DNA of 64,000 nucleotides, taken from the NCBI GenBank assembly GCA_964188305.1, contig OZ076893.1; one strand, 5' to 3'. Positions 13,021 to 26,919 of this stretch are shown here, piece after piece. The stretch's first letter is position 1. Every line of letters starts with the position of its first letter. Both the position numbers and the translations under genes were made by a program. The notes below the pieces were generated by a model, which made no database searches, was not told where the DNA came from, and saw nothing but the letters and a program-made list of their open reading frames with translations. The stretch comes from Podarcis bocagei. Taxonomy: Eukaryota.

Positions 13021-16000
13021 TACTAAGTTCCCAGTTCCCTTTAGTACCTGTGAAAGTCCTGCATAGACTTGTTGAAGATGTTTTCCTCTTCATGTGTAGA
13101 ACTTGATGATCAACCCAGTTGCACAATTGTGTTTTTGCTGAAAAAAATTGCATTCCTCTTGCTACATATTCTGGGATTCCTTCTGTGGAGAATGACAAGA
13201 AGTAATACAAGTGTGTAGTACTTTTGTGTCTCACATGGTGGCCTGAGTTAAAAGGTGATTAACAAATGTAAATAATAAATGGGGGGACTATGATAATTCA
13301 TGGTAAGTGAAGAGCAGTGTGAGGAGGAGACCGCTGTTCCCTCCCTCTGCCCTTTCCTTCCTTTCCCAAATTGCATCTTCTTTGCTTTGTGTCCATTTGC
13401 CTTGTGACATCTTAAGCTCTTTCTGCCCACTAGCTTCATGCAGTGGCTTCTGCTGCTGCAAGGTTGCTCAGCCCCATACAATGCCAGGGTATAGTTGCAT
13501 CATGTCAACATCAAGTGGAGATTGTGTCATTGGATCCATGAAGCTACTTGCCCTTCAGAGGCACAGAGAGGCCTTGGAACTATTATGGATCCTTTTGTCT
13601 AATAGTTCCATTGAGTTTGCACTCAACTGTGGGATCACAATTAGCAGGGGCCTTGTGGCAACTATTGTAGCTTCCTGGATATTCTGGTGGAGGTGAACAC
13701 ATGAATCAAGGGGACAGTTTAGTCACTCCCCCAAGTTTTTATAATCCCACCACTTCCTCCTAACCTGGGCAAGTAGGTAGCATGTATTTTTGGATGGTGA
13801 GAGAGCCTCTTCAGCTTGTTTCTATTCTGCATGCTCTTATGTTGTTTTTTCCTCAGGCACTGAGGAGGAACCTGTTAACAAAGAAATAAACATTGAGACT
13901 TGAATAACGCACGACAAAATATAGCCATGGATGGTCAAAGTGGAGCACATTAGGGCACCGTGGTAGAGAGTAAAGTTATACTGAGTTCAGAAGTTTCATA
14001 TTTTGCCAACGAAACCTATTTCCAGACTAGCTCTGGTACAAGGTTCTTTTACTTCAAAATGCAGGGTGAAAGGAAGAAATGTGGTCATTTGAGGGGTGAA
14101 TGGAAGGGAATTCTACATGTTTTGGCAGATGCATCCCCCCCCCCCCAGTAATGCTTCTGGAATGAGCCTGCTACATAACAATGTAATGGCATTTGAAACA
14201 GGAGAATGTTCGTAGTAGGAGAATATCAGTTGCTGAGAGGAAAACTGCTACTTTTTATTTATTTTTTAAGAGAGAAAAATGTGAGATGGCTACTGCATCA
14301 AGGTCTTGTATCTCCATATATGTTGAATTCTGCCCACCCCCTGGAGAAATCTCTATGTAATGCCACCCCACGTTGCAATTTGCAGATAAGGTCACCAAAG
14401 TAGGGTTGCATTTTTGGCTCGGCTCTGATGCTTTCTCATTACTGAGTATATGTAATTGCTGCTTGTACAATTTTAGGCAATTTCTCAAGAACGATGACAA
14501 CTACCAGTGGACGAAATTGCTCTTAGGCACCATTTCCCCCCTTCTCTTTAGTTTATTCTTCTTGGTTTCATGAAAGTTTGCATGACTGTAGGCTGCAGGA
14601 AAGACAGTTTGGCTGTATGTTTGTGGCTGAAAGTTAGAGCCAAATCCAGTTGAACATGGCTTAGAGCATATTTAGAAACATATACTGTTGCAAAAACTTC
14701 ACAAATAAATCGCTCTGTTGCCACCATTGCATCCACAGAGTGTCATCAAGCTGTTTATATTGGTTGAGAGGCTTTTACAACTTGAACTCATGAAAGATGT
14801 AGATGTGGTGATAATAGCTCTCTGACTTATTGGTAGGCTGTTTGTGGGGGGGGGGGGAACTACATCCAAACTGACTTGGATGCCTCTGTTATTCAGGATA
14901 TGAAGCAGATGTGCCCAGTGCTTCATCAGCCTGCTTTTGCTCATTTCAGTCTCAGTTTGTTTCACCAGATGGTATGGATATGGGGCTTGGAATAGTTTGG
15001 TCTACAACCTTACGCCTGACAAGAAAGAAATGGAGAGAGGAAGAAAAGAAGGCAGATCTAGGGTTAGGGCTTTCTCAGTGGCAGTTCCATTTCTGTAGAG
15101 CAGCTTCTCTAAAGGTCCCTCCTAGGCCACTTCATTGCTCAGTTCTAGATAAGCTGTTTCTTCGTCACTCAGATGAATGGAAGCTGGTGTCGTCTCTCTG
15201 TTAGTGTTTAGATTTTTTCCTATTTTTATAGATGTTATGTTGTATACTGCCTATCTGTTCTTTGAGAGAAAAGAAATCAATAAGTTTTAGAAATAAAATA
15301 AATAGCACCTTTCAAAAGATTAAAATACAATAACTTCATTTTTTTGTGGAACCTACCGCCTTCTGCATTATGACCGCCACCATTAGTTTTAATGCCAAAG
15401 CTGCTTCCCTTCTGAATCATGGACTTTTAAAATTATAATTCCAATGGAAAGTACTGCAGCATTTTTCCTTCAACACTTATTTGAGCACCATTTAACTCTT
15501 CTTTTCAAGTAGCTTTTCTTGTGTAAATGGAGAAATCCTATTCCTTAACTACCATTACAATGTTTTCTATTGAGGAACATTAAAAGATTCATGCCTCACA
15601 TATTTTGTGGCAGGTTTTTTGAGCAGAGGCAAAAAGATAAATATCCTGTAGGTGTAACTTAATGAATCCTGCCTCGGTGAAGTAGGATAGACTATCTGGA
15701 TCCTGTATACTAACATCCCTATTCGATTAGCGCACATCAATCAGCTACTGAAGTGCCACAAGCAGAAGTGAGCAGTGTGCCATTCCACAAGTGCATGTAG
15801 GGCAAGGAATAAATTCAGTAAAGCATACCCACTTATCCTCAAGCTGTACATATTTTTTCCACTGTGTGTGTCAGTAACCAGGGCATACTAAATTTATACC
15901 AAATACTAGAGCATATGCTGTAACTACTTGTTTGGCTGAATACCAGTTCTTCTTTGTGCAGTATCACACATTCAGGTACATCGCTGGCCAGCTACACTGA

Positions 16001-17467
16001 TTTGATAACCCCCCTTTTAAAGCAATGGGAAAGTTGCAAGGATGACCTCCTTCAATTATCGGTCAACTGAGGCAGCAAGGCTAGCTTCGAACAGGCAGAG
16101 CCTCCCCTCCTTAATTCTGTCAGGTGCTTTGGTGGTGCTTTTTCCAAAGAAGCTCCCAGGACAAGTAGCATGTTAAATAGAGTCAGCAGTAATTATAAAT
16201 AGACCACTGCCACACAGACACCCAAGAAATTATAATTCTGTTAGATCTTCCACAGTTTCTACAGCAGCTATTAGCAGAAAGTCTTCATGTAGCTCAGATA
16301 CCCTCTGGGAGACATAAAGTTATTGTGTGACTTAAAGTTATTGTGTAATTCAACATTAGTCCTTTATGGGCCGCAGTCCCTATGGACCGCACTATCTAAT
16401 TACATTGAAATACGTGCATTACTTCTCTGCCTTCTGATTGTTACATTTGATCATCCTTGTTCTTTTTTTAAATCACCCTTGTTCTTGACTCTTTGTGAAG
16501 TTTAAGGCTATTCCTTTGTGGATATGATCCAGTTTTCTGTACTAACATACAACCCACAACCTTAGATGTCAAGTCACATAAGGAAGTAAAGAGAGAGAGA
16601 GAAAGAGAAACAGTGGACTTCTGCCTCCTACCCTCTACATAAGGGAGCAGGATCTTGTGCAAGAGAATCATTGGCCTGCTTCTCATGTCCACATTTAGCC
16701 ATAGTAAAAACATGTTATGGCTTATGAACATGCAGCACCATACTGAGAAGTTCCTACTGTGCTCTGCCTGCTTCTTCACCTTCAGGAAACAAGCCAGAGT
16801 CTGTTTTGCTGTAATGTCCAAATCTGGATTCTTCAAACAAACCACATGCAGGAAGCCCATCACAAAACTTTGATGCTGATCATGGATTGTTTCTTTCTTA
16901 GAAAAAGTTTACAGACATCTATTTCTGTGATACAGTAGTATATAATTTTTTTTATAAATAAAAATACAAATAAATAGATTTGATACTGCAGTGCCTATCA
17001 TTGCTGGAGTTAAAAGATGTTTTGTAGCAGTATTTACTCTGGCACATTCAGATTGACCCGATTCCGCCCCCGCCCCTTTAAAAAAAAAGTCTTTTCTTAT
17101 CTTTGAAGAAATTGTGTTCAGACCTTTCATTAGATTGGTTTCGTAAAGGGCATAAAGCGAGTGCAAAATAGAGAAATATGGCAATGAAGGATGTGACATA
17201 AACCCCTCAGCAGGAAGGGTTGCATTTCTTGTAAACCAAGAGCTAGAAGGAAGACACACAATACTGCTTGCACTGACAAATCTTTAGCTTGGTCACTATT
17301 TTCAAGTACACAAGGTCAGTATATAGGAAATTAGGGGCTCATATGAAGGCATGATTGATGAGATGCTACAAATTCCTTATAGACCTACTGAACTTTTTTC
17401 AAAAGAGTATTTTAATAAATACAGGTGTGACTCACAACAAAATGTTGTAGTGTATGCCTACCCCGTG

Positions 17468-17583
17468 ATAACTCAGCTGATAGAACATGAGTCTCAGTTG
17501 GGCAAAAGATTCCTGCATTTGCAGGGGGGAGGACCAAATAGCCCTCGTGGTCCCTTCCAATTCTACGATTCTATGATTCTATC
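17468..17583 (+). mobile_element. Internally deleted tRNA-Lys/CR1-tail SINE
   Basis: actcag..tagaacatgag is joined directly to gttgggcaaaagattcctgcatt, followed by the tail ttctacgattctatgattcta. Confidence 0.7.
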
Positions 17584-17915
17584 AATCTATACTCCAGACA
17601 AATGATTCTATCAATCTATACTCCACACAAGTCTTCTTACTCAAGCCATATATGGCCTGGAACAGGAGCTTTATAACGCTGTTAAGTCCAGGTCTCTCTG
17701 GGAAGCAGGGGGTTGCAATTTGCGTGGGGTGAGGGGCACTCCCAACCATCACTTTCCTTGGCTCTTCTAAGCTAGGGGACATTTTATTGTTTTACAGCTT
17801 TTTATTGTTATACATTTTGTTTAAATACAGCAAAGTGGTGGCTATAGAGACAGAGAGCCCTACATTATTGCTGTACAGTGTAGGGAACAAACGGGTATAG
17901 TATAGGGAACAAATG

Positions 17916-18279
17916 GGGACGCTGTGGGTAAAACCTCAGTGCCTAGGACTTGCCGATTGTATGGTCGGCGGTTCGAATCCCCGCGGCGGGGTGAGCTCCC
18001 GTCGTTTGGTCCCAGCTCCTGGCCACCTAGCAGTTCGAAAGCACTCTTAAGTGCAAGTAGATAAATAGGGACCGCTTTATAGCGGGAAGGTAAATGGCGT
18101 TTTCGTGTGCTGCGCTGGTGCTGGCTCGCCAGCTGCAGCTTCGGCACGCTGGCCACGTGACCCGGAAGTGTCTTCGGATGGCACCGGCTCACGGCCTCTA
18201 GAGAGAGATGAGCACGCAACCCTAGAGTCGGACACGACTGGCCCATATGGGCAGGGGTACCGGTACCTTTACCTTTACC
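17916..18279 (+). mobile_element. Sauria SINE (Squam1), variant subfamily
   Basis: tRNA-like head with B box GGTTCGAATCC, body GTGCAAGTAGATAAATAGG and tail (ACCTTT)n. TSD TATAGGGAACAAA at 17901-17913 and 18280-18292. Confidence 0.92.
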
Positions 18280-19507
18280 TATAGGGAACAAAAATGAAAC
18301 AAAACATTTACAGTATAAAAAGTTTTGGGATTTCACCAGGCTGTTACAGGATGTGCACTGAATGGAACTGAAGTACTGTGTTCACTCCAAAACATTTGTA
18401 GGCACAAACCATGTCAAAAGTAGGATTGTGGATGACTGCCCCAATAATGTCATGAATGCAGGAGGGCCCTGGGAAAGAGAAACTGGGTTTTCTTCCAATT
18501 TTCTGCCTCTGACATTCAATGTGAATCCACATTCTCCTTCTCCAGACAATGAGATTTGTTATGGAAATGGTCCCATTTCACTTAGAAATTGATAAATATG
18601 TAATCTCCCAAGTTCATTATTAAAGGGAATGGTTTAGAAAAACTTTTTGTAAAGCACTAGGAAAATAATATCTACAATGCTGCCAGGTACTTGCATAGCT
18701 TTACATATAAGCTACTGGAATAGGCTTAATTGAACTTTGTTACTGGGGGTGGGGGTGGGAGAATCTAAACAATTACACTTCATAATTGCCGTGTATCTGT
18801 TTGTTTGTTTAAACAAATGGCTGCTGAATTAGGTGGTGCTAGAGTTTACTGAGAAATAGCAGATAGCACAGCTGTATTTGCACAGAGCGGTACCTGATTG
18901 CAACCTCCTGTAGTGTGAGCAGTGGTAAGTGAACTGTTTCTGTGTTGTTCACTCACTCTGTCAGATCGAAACTCAGCTCAATAGCATTAAACTAGCTCCC
19001 ATTTGAAAGATTTGTCTTACAAAACCCTGAAAACTGCTCTGAACATGCATACATTGATTTTGTTGCTGGAATCTCCTGAGCTTTGAGGAAAAAGCAAGCT
19101 ACATGTGCAGGTGGGAGAGGGCTTACTTCCTCAGTATTTTTAAAAAAGGAAGAGAAGATTAAGATTTTCTATTCAGCTAAGGCCCAATTAATCAGTGGCA
19201 TGTAAGAATATGACTGGTGTTAGTGTGGTTGTATTTTCTATAAAGAAACAATAAGTTAAGCTGTAGTCCTATGTGTACTTTCTAGGAAAAGTGAACAGTA
19301 ACCTAAAGTGAATTATATAGTGTGCCTTTATGTCAATTGGCAAGTGCACTAAACCTACCCATATGGATTTATATTACTTTCTCTATCAATGTACAGTAGT
19401 TAGAAATCTTCAAGATGATTTTATTTGTAGGCATTCATATATTATTTTCTGCAAAGGAAGCTAGCTACATAAACACATATTTTAAGGTACTGCTAATCAC
19501 TGTAGCA

Positions 19508-19853
19508 GGGACGCGGGTGGCGCTGTGGGTTAAACCACAGAGCCTAGGACTTGTGATCAGAAGGTTGGCGGTTCAAATCCCCGTGATGGGGTGAGCTCCC
19601 ATTGCTCAGTCCCTGCTCCTGCCCACCTAGCAGTACAAAAGCATGTCAAAGTGCAAGTAGATAAATAGGTACTGCTCCAGCGGGAAGGTAAACGCCGTTT
19701 CCGTGCGCTGCTCTGGTTCACCAGAAGCGGCTTAGTCATGCTGGCCACATGACCTGGAGGCTGTACGCCGGCTCCCTCGGCCAATGAAGCGAGATGAGCA
19801 CCGCAACCCCAGAGTCGGTCACGACTGGACCTAATGGTCAGGGGTCCCTTTAC
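19508..19853 (+). mobile_element. Sauria SINE, full length
   Basis: GGGACGCGGGTGGCGCTGTGG head and CCTTTAC tail. 15-bp TSD CTAATCACTGTAGCA at 19493-19507 and 19854-19868. Confidence 0.95.
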
Positions 19854-22800
19854 CTAATCACTGTAGCACACACTGGTTCAAGGTGTGGGGCCTATGTGAT
19901 TTGAAGTTCCATTCCATTTAGTTCTAAATTAAAGTATCAGCACAATATGAGCGAAGGTGACTGATTTTCATAAACATTTGCATATTTGTGCAGTGTGAAG
20001 GAGAGAATGTATGAACTTGTCAGCTGTAGAATGTTCCTTGTTGTGTACTTGACATATATTTATGTTGCAAATATAATGTACTGTATCAGAATGATTGCAA
20101 ATATTTTATATGTTGTAGCGTGAAAGGATTATACCATGCTGCATATTTCAGCAGAGAGCACTAGAATGGACTGAGTATAGCACCTTGAATACAGAAACAA
20201 CTGTATACCCTGTGGCACCACCTCCTGCAATTATTCATGTGTGTTTGTCACAATTTGGTTAAAGTGATGTGAAGATTCTCTGAAATTGTGGTACAGGAAT
20301 GCCCTGGGCTTAAATGAACTACCTACACCACAAGATATCATAGAATGTTACACTTATATCTCAAATCAAGTCTTATCAGCAGTGACTTTGGTCTTTAGTA
20401 AGAAATACAATAAGAGAGCTGAAACAAAACTCCACAGAGACAGATCAAGCTTGATAAGGGAATTTCAGAAATTAGATAACATTTATTTCCATTATTTGTA
20501 AGGAATAACCTGTTTTGCCTCTTAGGCATACACTGGTTACATTCCCATTGTTTTCCCACTGCGGTTCATCCTCAATACAGATCTCCTGTCCTGTTTGAAT
20601 TAAGTTCTGAGGTCCCATTCCAGAAGTAAAAAATCTGAAATCTGGAAAAAGCTACAACCAGAGTACATTTTATGTCATTAAAATAGCTTTCTTCAAAGCT
20701 GCTGGGTTCCACAGTTGTCCTTCAGTCTGAATATAGATGTATGGAATAAATGTGAAATACAGTTTCCATAGATAAATTCTCAGGTGTCCAAGGTTATTTT
20801 ACTTGTACATCAAGGTGGAGGAATAATTTCTGAATCCTGCAGTGAAAAGGATAGACAAAGTTTTAGGATTGGCTACAGCTGACTTGGTGCAAGCAAATTC
20901 TTAACAGATTAATGTGGAGTTGATATAAGAAGGTTCGTTTGGTGTTTTTTTTAAAAAAAGCAGATCAGTTCATAATCCCATATTAACTATTTGAGAATTT
21001 CAAAAATTGTCATAAATTTTATGAATCTTTTTATTGTCTTTAAAAATAGTTTTACATATTTTATAAGAACCATGTTTTAGGAACCATTTCCTATTGCAGC
21101 TCTAATGTACTCCCAGAGACATTGGCTGGTGTGGTTAAAGGCTGTACTAATGGAATTATTTTCTTTCCCTGTCAGTCCATAAAAATGCTTTTACCCCTTT
21201 GATGTTCACATAGTAGCCCCTTTCACTTCCACAAGTAGGCTAAATGCATGGAAGAGGCAATACACCCGCTGGCCCTTACTCCACCACTGAACTTTGCTGA
21301 CCCTGACCCCCACCTCCACCAGCAGTGGAACAGTGTACTGAGCTCATCATCTGAAAAGGAGAACATCCAGCTGTATGTGTGTCAACCTCTATGCTAATGC
21401 TAACCGTATTTGTGTGGAAGCTTACATACATAAAGTTGTTTGTGCAAAGCTTTCCGCCATTACAGATATTGCACTGAATGCATGGATGTCGGAGTGAAAG
21501 CTAGCCAGTCATACTGCGTTGGAACAGGACCAGCGGATGTAGTCCTGTTGGCCTTCTACACGTTCAGCCTATCCAATTTGTAGCTAGAAATTACGGTGCC
21601 TTGTGAGTTTCTGCAAACTAGTGGATCTGTTTATTTCATCATAAAGTGGGGAGGGAATTGAACAGAGATTGTTTAATCCATGCACTGGCCTGAAATGACA
21701 TGGAAGACACTTCCCTTGTGACTGCTATCCGCAGCAATCTGATAATATCCAATTGGAGGAGCCATGTGAGTAGAGCAGAATCATATGAGATGCATCATGC
21801 TAACGTGTGTGTGTAAAAAAGGACACATATTGTTATTTACATGTAATCCCATGGTCCCTGTGTGATTCCTCCATTTCTGTGCTTTTAGAGCAGGTGGAAA
21901 ATAGCAACAGGAAAGTCGTTCCCATGGTTCCCGCCATTAAAAATGAATCTGCTTTTGTAAAATTTGCTCTGGAGACTGGGCTTCATCCAGTCCAGAGTTG
22001 GTGCTGTGCCTGTGTGTAGATGGATATCAACAGGGCACTGCGGATACAGGGCACTATTCTTTTCCCACTTCTACTGCAGGATTCCTTCACCAAGTGAACA
22101 TAAGAAGCTAGCTTATACTGATGCAGACAGTTGATCCATCTGGCTAGTAATGTAGTAGTGCAAGTCAAATTCTATTTTAAAAGCTTTTTTTCCCTTTTCC
22201 AGGTTCACTCCATCTCAGCTGGCAGTAGTCCTGTTTCTGAATGGAGTTTGGAATAGGGGCAACTTGTGCCAGCTTCCTATACTTAGGAATGCTCTGTAAG
22301 ACATTAAGTAAAAGGTATTGCTTAGAGTTTGTACATAAGCACAGGAACAAACAGAACTCTGTTAATTTCAGTTGCCCATCTGTTAATAGACAATAATGCA
22401 GAATAATAGGCTCCACAAGGAAAAAATGATTACTCTGTGAAAACTAAGAAAAGTAAAAGCATTCATTTGTTTCAAAAATGTATGTTTTATTGGTTAGACC
22501 AACCAATGCATATGTACTTTTGTTTAGAAAATACATGTACAAACATGGTTTAAAACAGTTTCTTCTCTTAGTGCTTTAAACCATGATTTTAGTGACCTTA
22601 ATCCCCTGAATTTCAACCAATCCACCAATCTAGAACTAAACATTTAGGACAATTTAAACTGAAGTGGCCATAAAAAGAACACAGGGTGCTTGCTTGAGAA
22701 AGTGTAAGTGCACGTAAATCCCATTGAAATTTAATAGGATTTACGTACAGAGCTAAATGCTTAAATCCTGTTAATTCTGATAGGATTAAGGCACATTTAT

Positions 22801-23510
22801 TTATTTATTTATTGCTCCCAAAACAAATGTTGTGTATTTAAAGGTGCAATAAAATAAGCCTGATTGTTTTGTTTTGCATTTAGATACATTTTTCTGTAGG
22901 GTCAGCACCAAATTGACTGTAAATTCTTTTCTTTTTTTCCAAACTATATAACTAGATAATAAAAACAAATGAACTTTAAAAGTTATGATGTTTTTACCTA
23001 ATTGTACTGTTTCGTTTTACTGCCTCACAGAAAATATATAGGTAATAACCAGGTCAAGCTAAAATACTATTGATTCATTTTACAGACATTTTTAGGCTAT
23101 GAGAAAAAGAGAACACACACGAAAGAATACAACACAGTCATGCCTAGGAAAACAAGGCCAGCTAAAGTCATCCTCAGTTAACCCTGTCCCACATCAAATA
23201 ATACTGTGTTGCTGCACAGGGAAGCTTTTCTCAGTGTACAGCTGAATGCAGTCTATTAATTTTGCTGTTGCCTTCCTTTGTCTCTAAACAGAATAATGTA
23301 AAGCAAAAGGCAATATGACCAATAGTTCACCTCCTACAGCTAATAAAGGAATGTCTTCTTTAAATGAATATTTTTGTTTAGTTTTGTTGCCTTCTGTTTA
23401 AATATTGAAAGGCAAAAAACAAGATGTTGTCATAGCATTACAGACTAAATGTAATAACAAATCCCATATACATATGACTGATACTGTATGTTTACATTAT
23501 ATGTTTAACT

Positions 23511-23604
23511 TACAGTGCAACCCCGGACATATCTACTCAGAAATAGGTGCCATTGAGTTCAATGGGATTAACTCCCGGATAAGTATTACAGGATTGCAAC
23601 CTTA
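23511..23604. mobile_element. Short hairpin MITE; related copies at about 23871-23957 and 45823-45915
   Basis: tgcaacc...ccattgagttcaatgg...ggattgca has inverted symmetry, and three related copies occur in the window. Confidence 0.6.
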
Positions 23605-24408
23605 GTATGCAAAATGTAGTATTCTTGCTCCAATAGCACTGATATTCTGTGCATGAATGAGAAATGTATAATCTTCTGTTTTCTTCTTGTACATTTGAAG
23701 AAAGAAAGTGCCAAATTTTGCCAAATCCTCTAAAATGTGTTTATATCATAATGCACAATAATAATATGCTTGCTTTTTCAACCAAACTGGAAACTAAGGA
23801 TGATCCGATGCCTGTTTGCTCAGATGTCCCATTGTATTCAATGAGGCTCCCTAGTAAGAGTATGGAATCCTAAGGTTGCAGACCTTCACCTGAGACCAAG
23901 TCCCACTGAACACGATTAGACTTACTACCAAGTAAATGGATGTAAGATTGTACTGCACACCTCTCTTTAAAATATTTCCAGACGCATAAGCATGACATAA
24001 GCATAAGATACACGTACTGTATCTATTTGACCTTCCCCAACCTGCACACATTACATTTGTGTATTTGAACATTCTAAAACACAAAATTCTAGTACCATCC
24101 TTAAAAACACCTTGGATATAGATTTAATGAAAGACACTGAATGTTAGTTAACAGCAACAGCAAGCAAAGACTCCATTCATTTTACATTCCTGTTACATAC
24201 ACACAATGTATTTTTTCACTTTAGTAAGCACAGTTTTGTCAGGGTATGTTTCTGGGAGAAGTCTTCCTGCTTTTATTTTAAGAGAATTAAAAATCATAAA
24301 ATACCTTACCTTTTAGTATATCTGTAAATGCTCTTGGTTTTCTGTGTTTTCCATGTACCGTACATTCCTTCATCTTGCAGTACTATACACTGTGAAGAAC
24401 TAGTAAGC

Positions 24409-24596
24409 NNNNNNNNNNNNNNNNNNNNNNNNNNNNNNNNNNNNNNNNNNNNNNNNNNNNNNNNNNNNNNNNNNNNNNNNNNNNNNNNNNNNNNNNNNNN
24501 NNNNNNNNNNNNNNNNNNNNNNNNNNNNNNNNNNNNNNNNNNNNNNNNNNNNNNNNNNNNNNNNNNNNNNNNNNNNNNNNNNNNNNNNNNNNNNNN
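24409..24596. other. N block, 188 bp
   Basis: Counted directly. Confidence 0.97.
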
Positions 24597-25191
24597 ATAT
24601 TGATCAACTCTTTCTACACGAATTGTTAGCTGATTTTTTTTTTTGCAACAACTTTGTTTAAATGCAATCAATAGCCCACAATCAGTGCATTCCATAAAAA
24701 AATTGACAGATGTTCCCAAAATGCCTGCTAGGCATAAAGTTATCTGTTTACATATGCAACACAGGCATTTAAGGCCTCTTTCAGGAGTATACAGGTAGGC
24801 TTATCCTTAGAGAAAAATGTTCATAAATGTCAGATACTGGTATTCATAGGGACTTTTACTTCGATTTAAATAAAGTTGGGATTAAAAGGAAGTTGTTTCA
24901 TTGGCTAGGATCCAGTGAACTACACAAGTAGTTTCATGTGTCCAAGCATTGTTGAATGGCTGTTTCCTGAGCCCCAACTTTTGAAATTGCAAGGACTTTC
25001 AAAGGCAGTTTGTGGAATGGCATAGGAATCTGCAATATATAAGACACTAAACCCTCTGGCGTGTCTAAAGTAGCCCTTTGGATCCTAGCAAGTGCATAAA
25101 ACTATAATACCATACTATAATACAAATAATAACAGCAACAACAAGTACACATCGTTCATTTTAAATGTTCAAAGCTTTTAACATGCATTCC

Positions 25192-25340
25192 TTACAGCAG
25201 ACCTTTTAGATAAGTTAGCATTATTATCTCCATATTGCAGATGTGGGACTGAAGCTGAGAGACTAATGGCTTGCCTAAGGCTACCTAGTGAGTTCACGGC
25301 TGAGGTAATATTTGAACTGGTGACTTCTCAGCTCACAATC
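25192..25340 (-). mobile_element. MIR/CORE-SINE-like remnant
   Basis: Reads attattatctccatattgcagatgtgggactgaagctgagag...gcttgcctaagg...atttgaact. Confidence 0.6.
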
Positions 25341-26240
25341 TTAAAATTGTATTTAGATGGAGAAAATGCATATGCATAATTATTTGACATTGATTCTAAA
25401 CTGATTTCCATAATATAATTGATTGATAAAAGAGAATTATCCGTATGCATTTATGAAGTTTTGGGGTTGGCATATTCTTTCATGTTTTATCTTATTATTT
25501 AGATATTGCACCTTTCTTCCTTAACCTTAAATATCCATAATTTCTCTTCTTTCAATTTGTTATGAAGGCATTTTGCTAAGAGGATGCAAATTTCATTTCT
25601 TGATATTGATCTTGATTAGCTTAAGAAAACTGCTATACATAATTTTGTGCATACCTAAAAATAAGGGCTCTCTTGCTTTGCTTTCCATAGTATTTTTGTG
25701 ATTCAGCATCAGGCTAAAATGGATACTATTAATATAATATTGCGGCACATTAGAACTTGTCATTAAATAGGCCATGTAGATTGTGTGAACAGGCAACAAC
25801 CAACTAACATGTGTCTGAAAGACATGCATGTGTGCATGGTGCCGAACCCAGAAGTGACCAGAAATGTCACAAATCATGTCACTAAAAGGATGGAAGGGGG
25901 GGGCAGAGCGGGGGGGGGTATTCAGGGACCAGGAACAGAACCCCCTCATGAAATAGTGGTTGACTATATTGGTGTTCTATTTATTTGTAGAAATGTTTGT
26001 AATTAAATCTGTAATTAAATTGAATCTAGAATAAAATCACTACATTCTTGGAGGTAAAACAGTCTATTTTTAGAAACTGAAAGCGATCCAGAAATAGAAC
26101 AGTAAATATTTCCATTGAAATATGTTGGGTACAACTAATTGTAGCAAATTACGGTATTACCAACAGTGTTTCGTTTCAGTGTATTCTTTTATATTTGATA
26201 GTGTATGTTTGTAAATCACCTTGAGATGCATGTAGAATGT

Positions 26241-26268
26241 GATTGATTGATTGATTGATTGATTGATT
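26241..26268. repeat. (GATT)n microsatellite
   Basis: Read directly from the sequence. Confidence 0.95.
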
Positions 26269-26491
26269 AATAAATAGTATTTATTATTATTTATAATAGT
26301 GATAGAACTGGTAACTTAAAATGTGGTTAAGCAAAATATTTTGGTTGTCTTGCACTTGACTAATAGATGACCACAGGCAATTATTTTGCTTCAGCACCTA
26401 TTAAGATACCAGTACTACAAGTATACCTTGCAATGTATAACCCTCCAAACATAATATCCCCCTGCAGGATGCTCATTGTAAGCTGTTAAGG

Positions 26492-26630
26492 CAGGGGTAG
26501 AGAACCTTTGTTCCTAAAGATGTTGCTGGACTCGAAACTCCCATAGGTTCTAGCCAGCACAGCAAATGCTCAAGGATGATGGGAGTTGTAGTTCAACAGC
26601 ATCTGGAGGATCACAGGTTCTCCACACCTG
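26492..26630. mobile_element. Palindromic hAT-like MITE
   Basis: CAGGGGTAGAGAACCT ... AGGTTCTCCACACCTG, with internal inverted AACTCCCAT/ATGGGAGTT and an imperfect 8-bp TSD tgttaagg/tgttaggt. Confidence 0.75.
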
Positions 26631-26919
26631 TGTTAGGTGCGTTCACGATCCAATTTTCTTTCTTCCCCTAGCCTTCCATTTCCCTTTATTTCTGAAGTGA
26701 TGCATACACAGGGAGTACCCCAAATATGTAGAAGCTACTTCCTTGGGTCGACCTGTTTCACTTCAATCACTTGAGTTTGCTATTGCAGTGATCCAGTTCA
26801 GGGTTCCAGCCAGCCAGCCAGCCATGCCCTCTTCTATGATATTTCACCCATTACTCTCCCCACACTTTCCCATTCCCCACCAGCCAGTCAACATTAGGTG
26901 CTCATTAAGAATACCCACA

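Noticed and set aside
16311-16346. 18-bp tandem duplication; similar small ones near 36030 and 45535
   Set aside because: These are ordinary two-copy slippage duplications.
17050-17145. GC boxes (CCGCCCCCGCCCC) plus ATTGG as an internal promoter
   Set aside because: It is too short, has no CpG island, and there is no supporting downstream donor.
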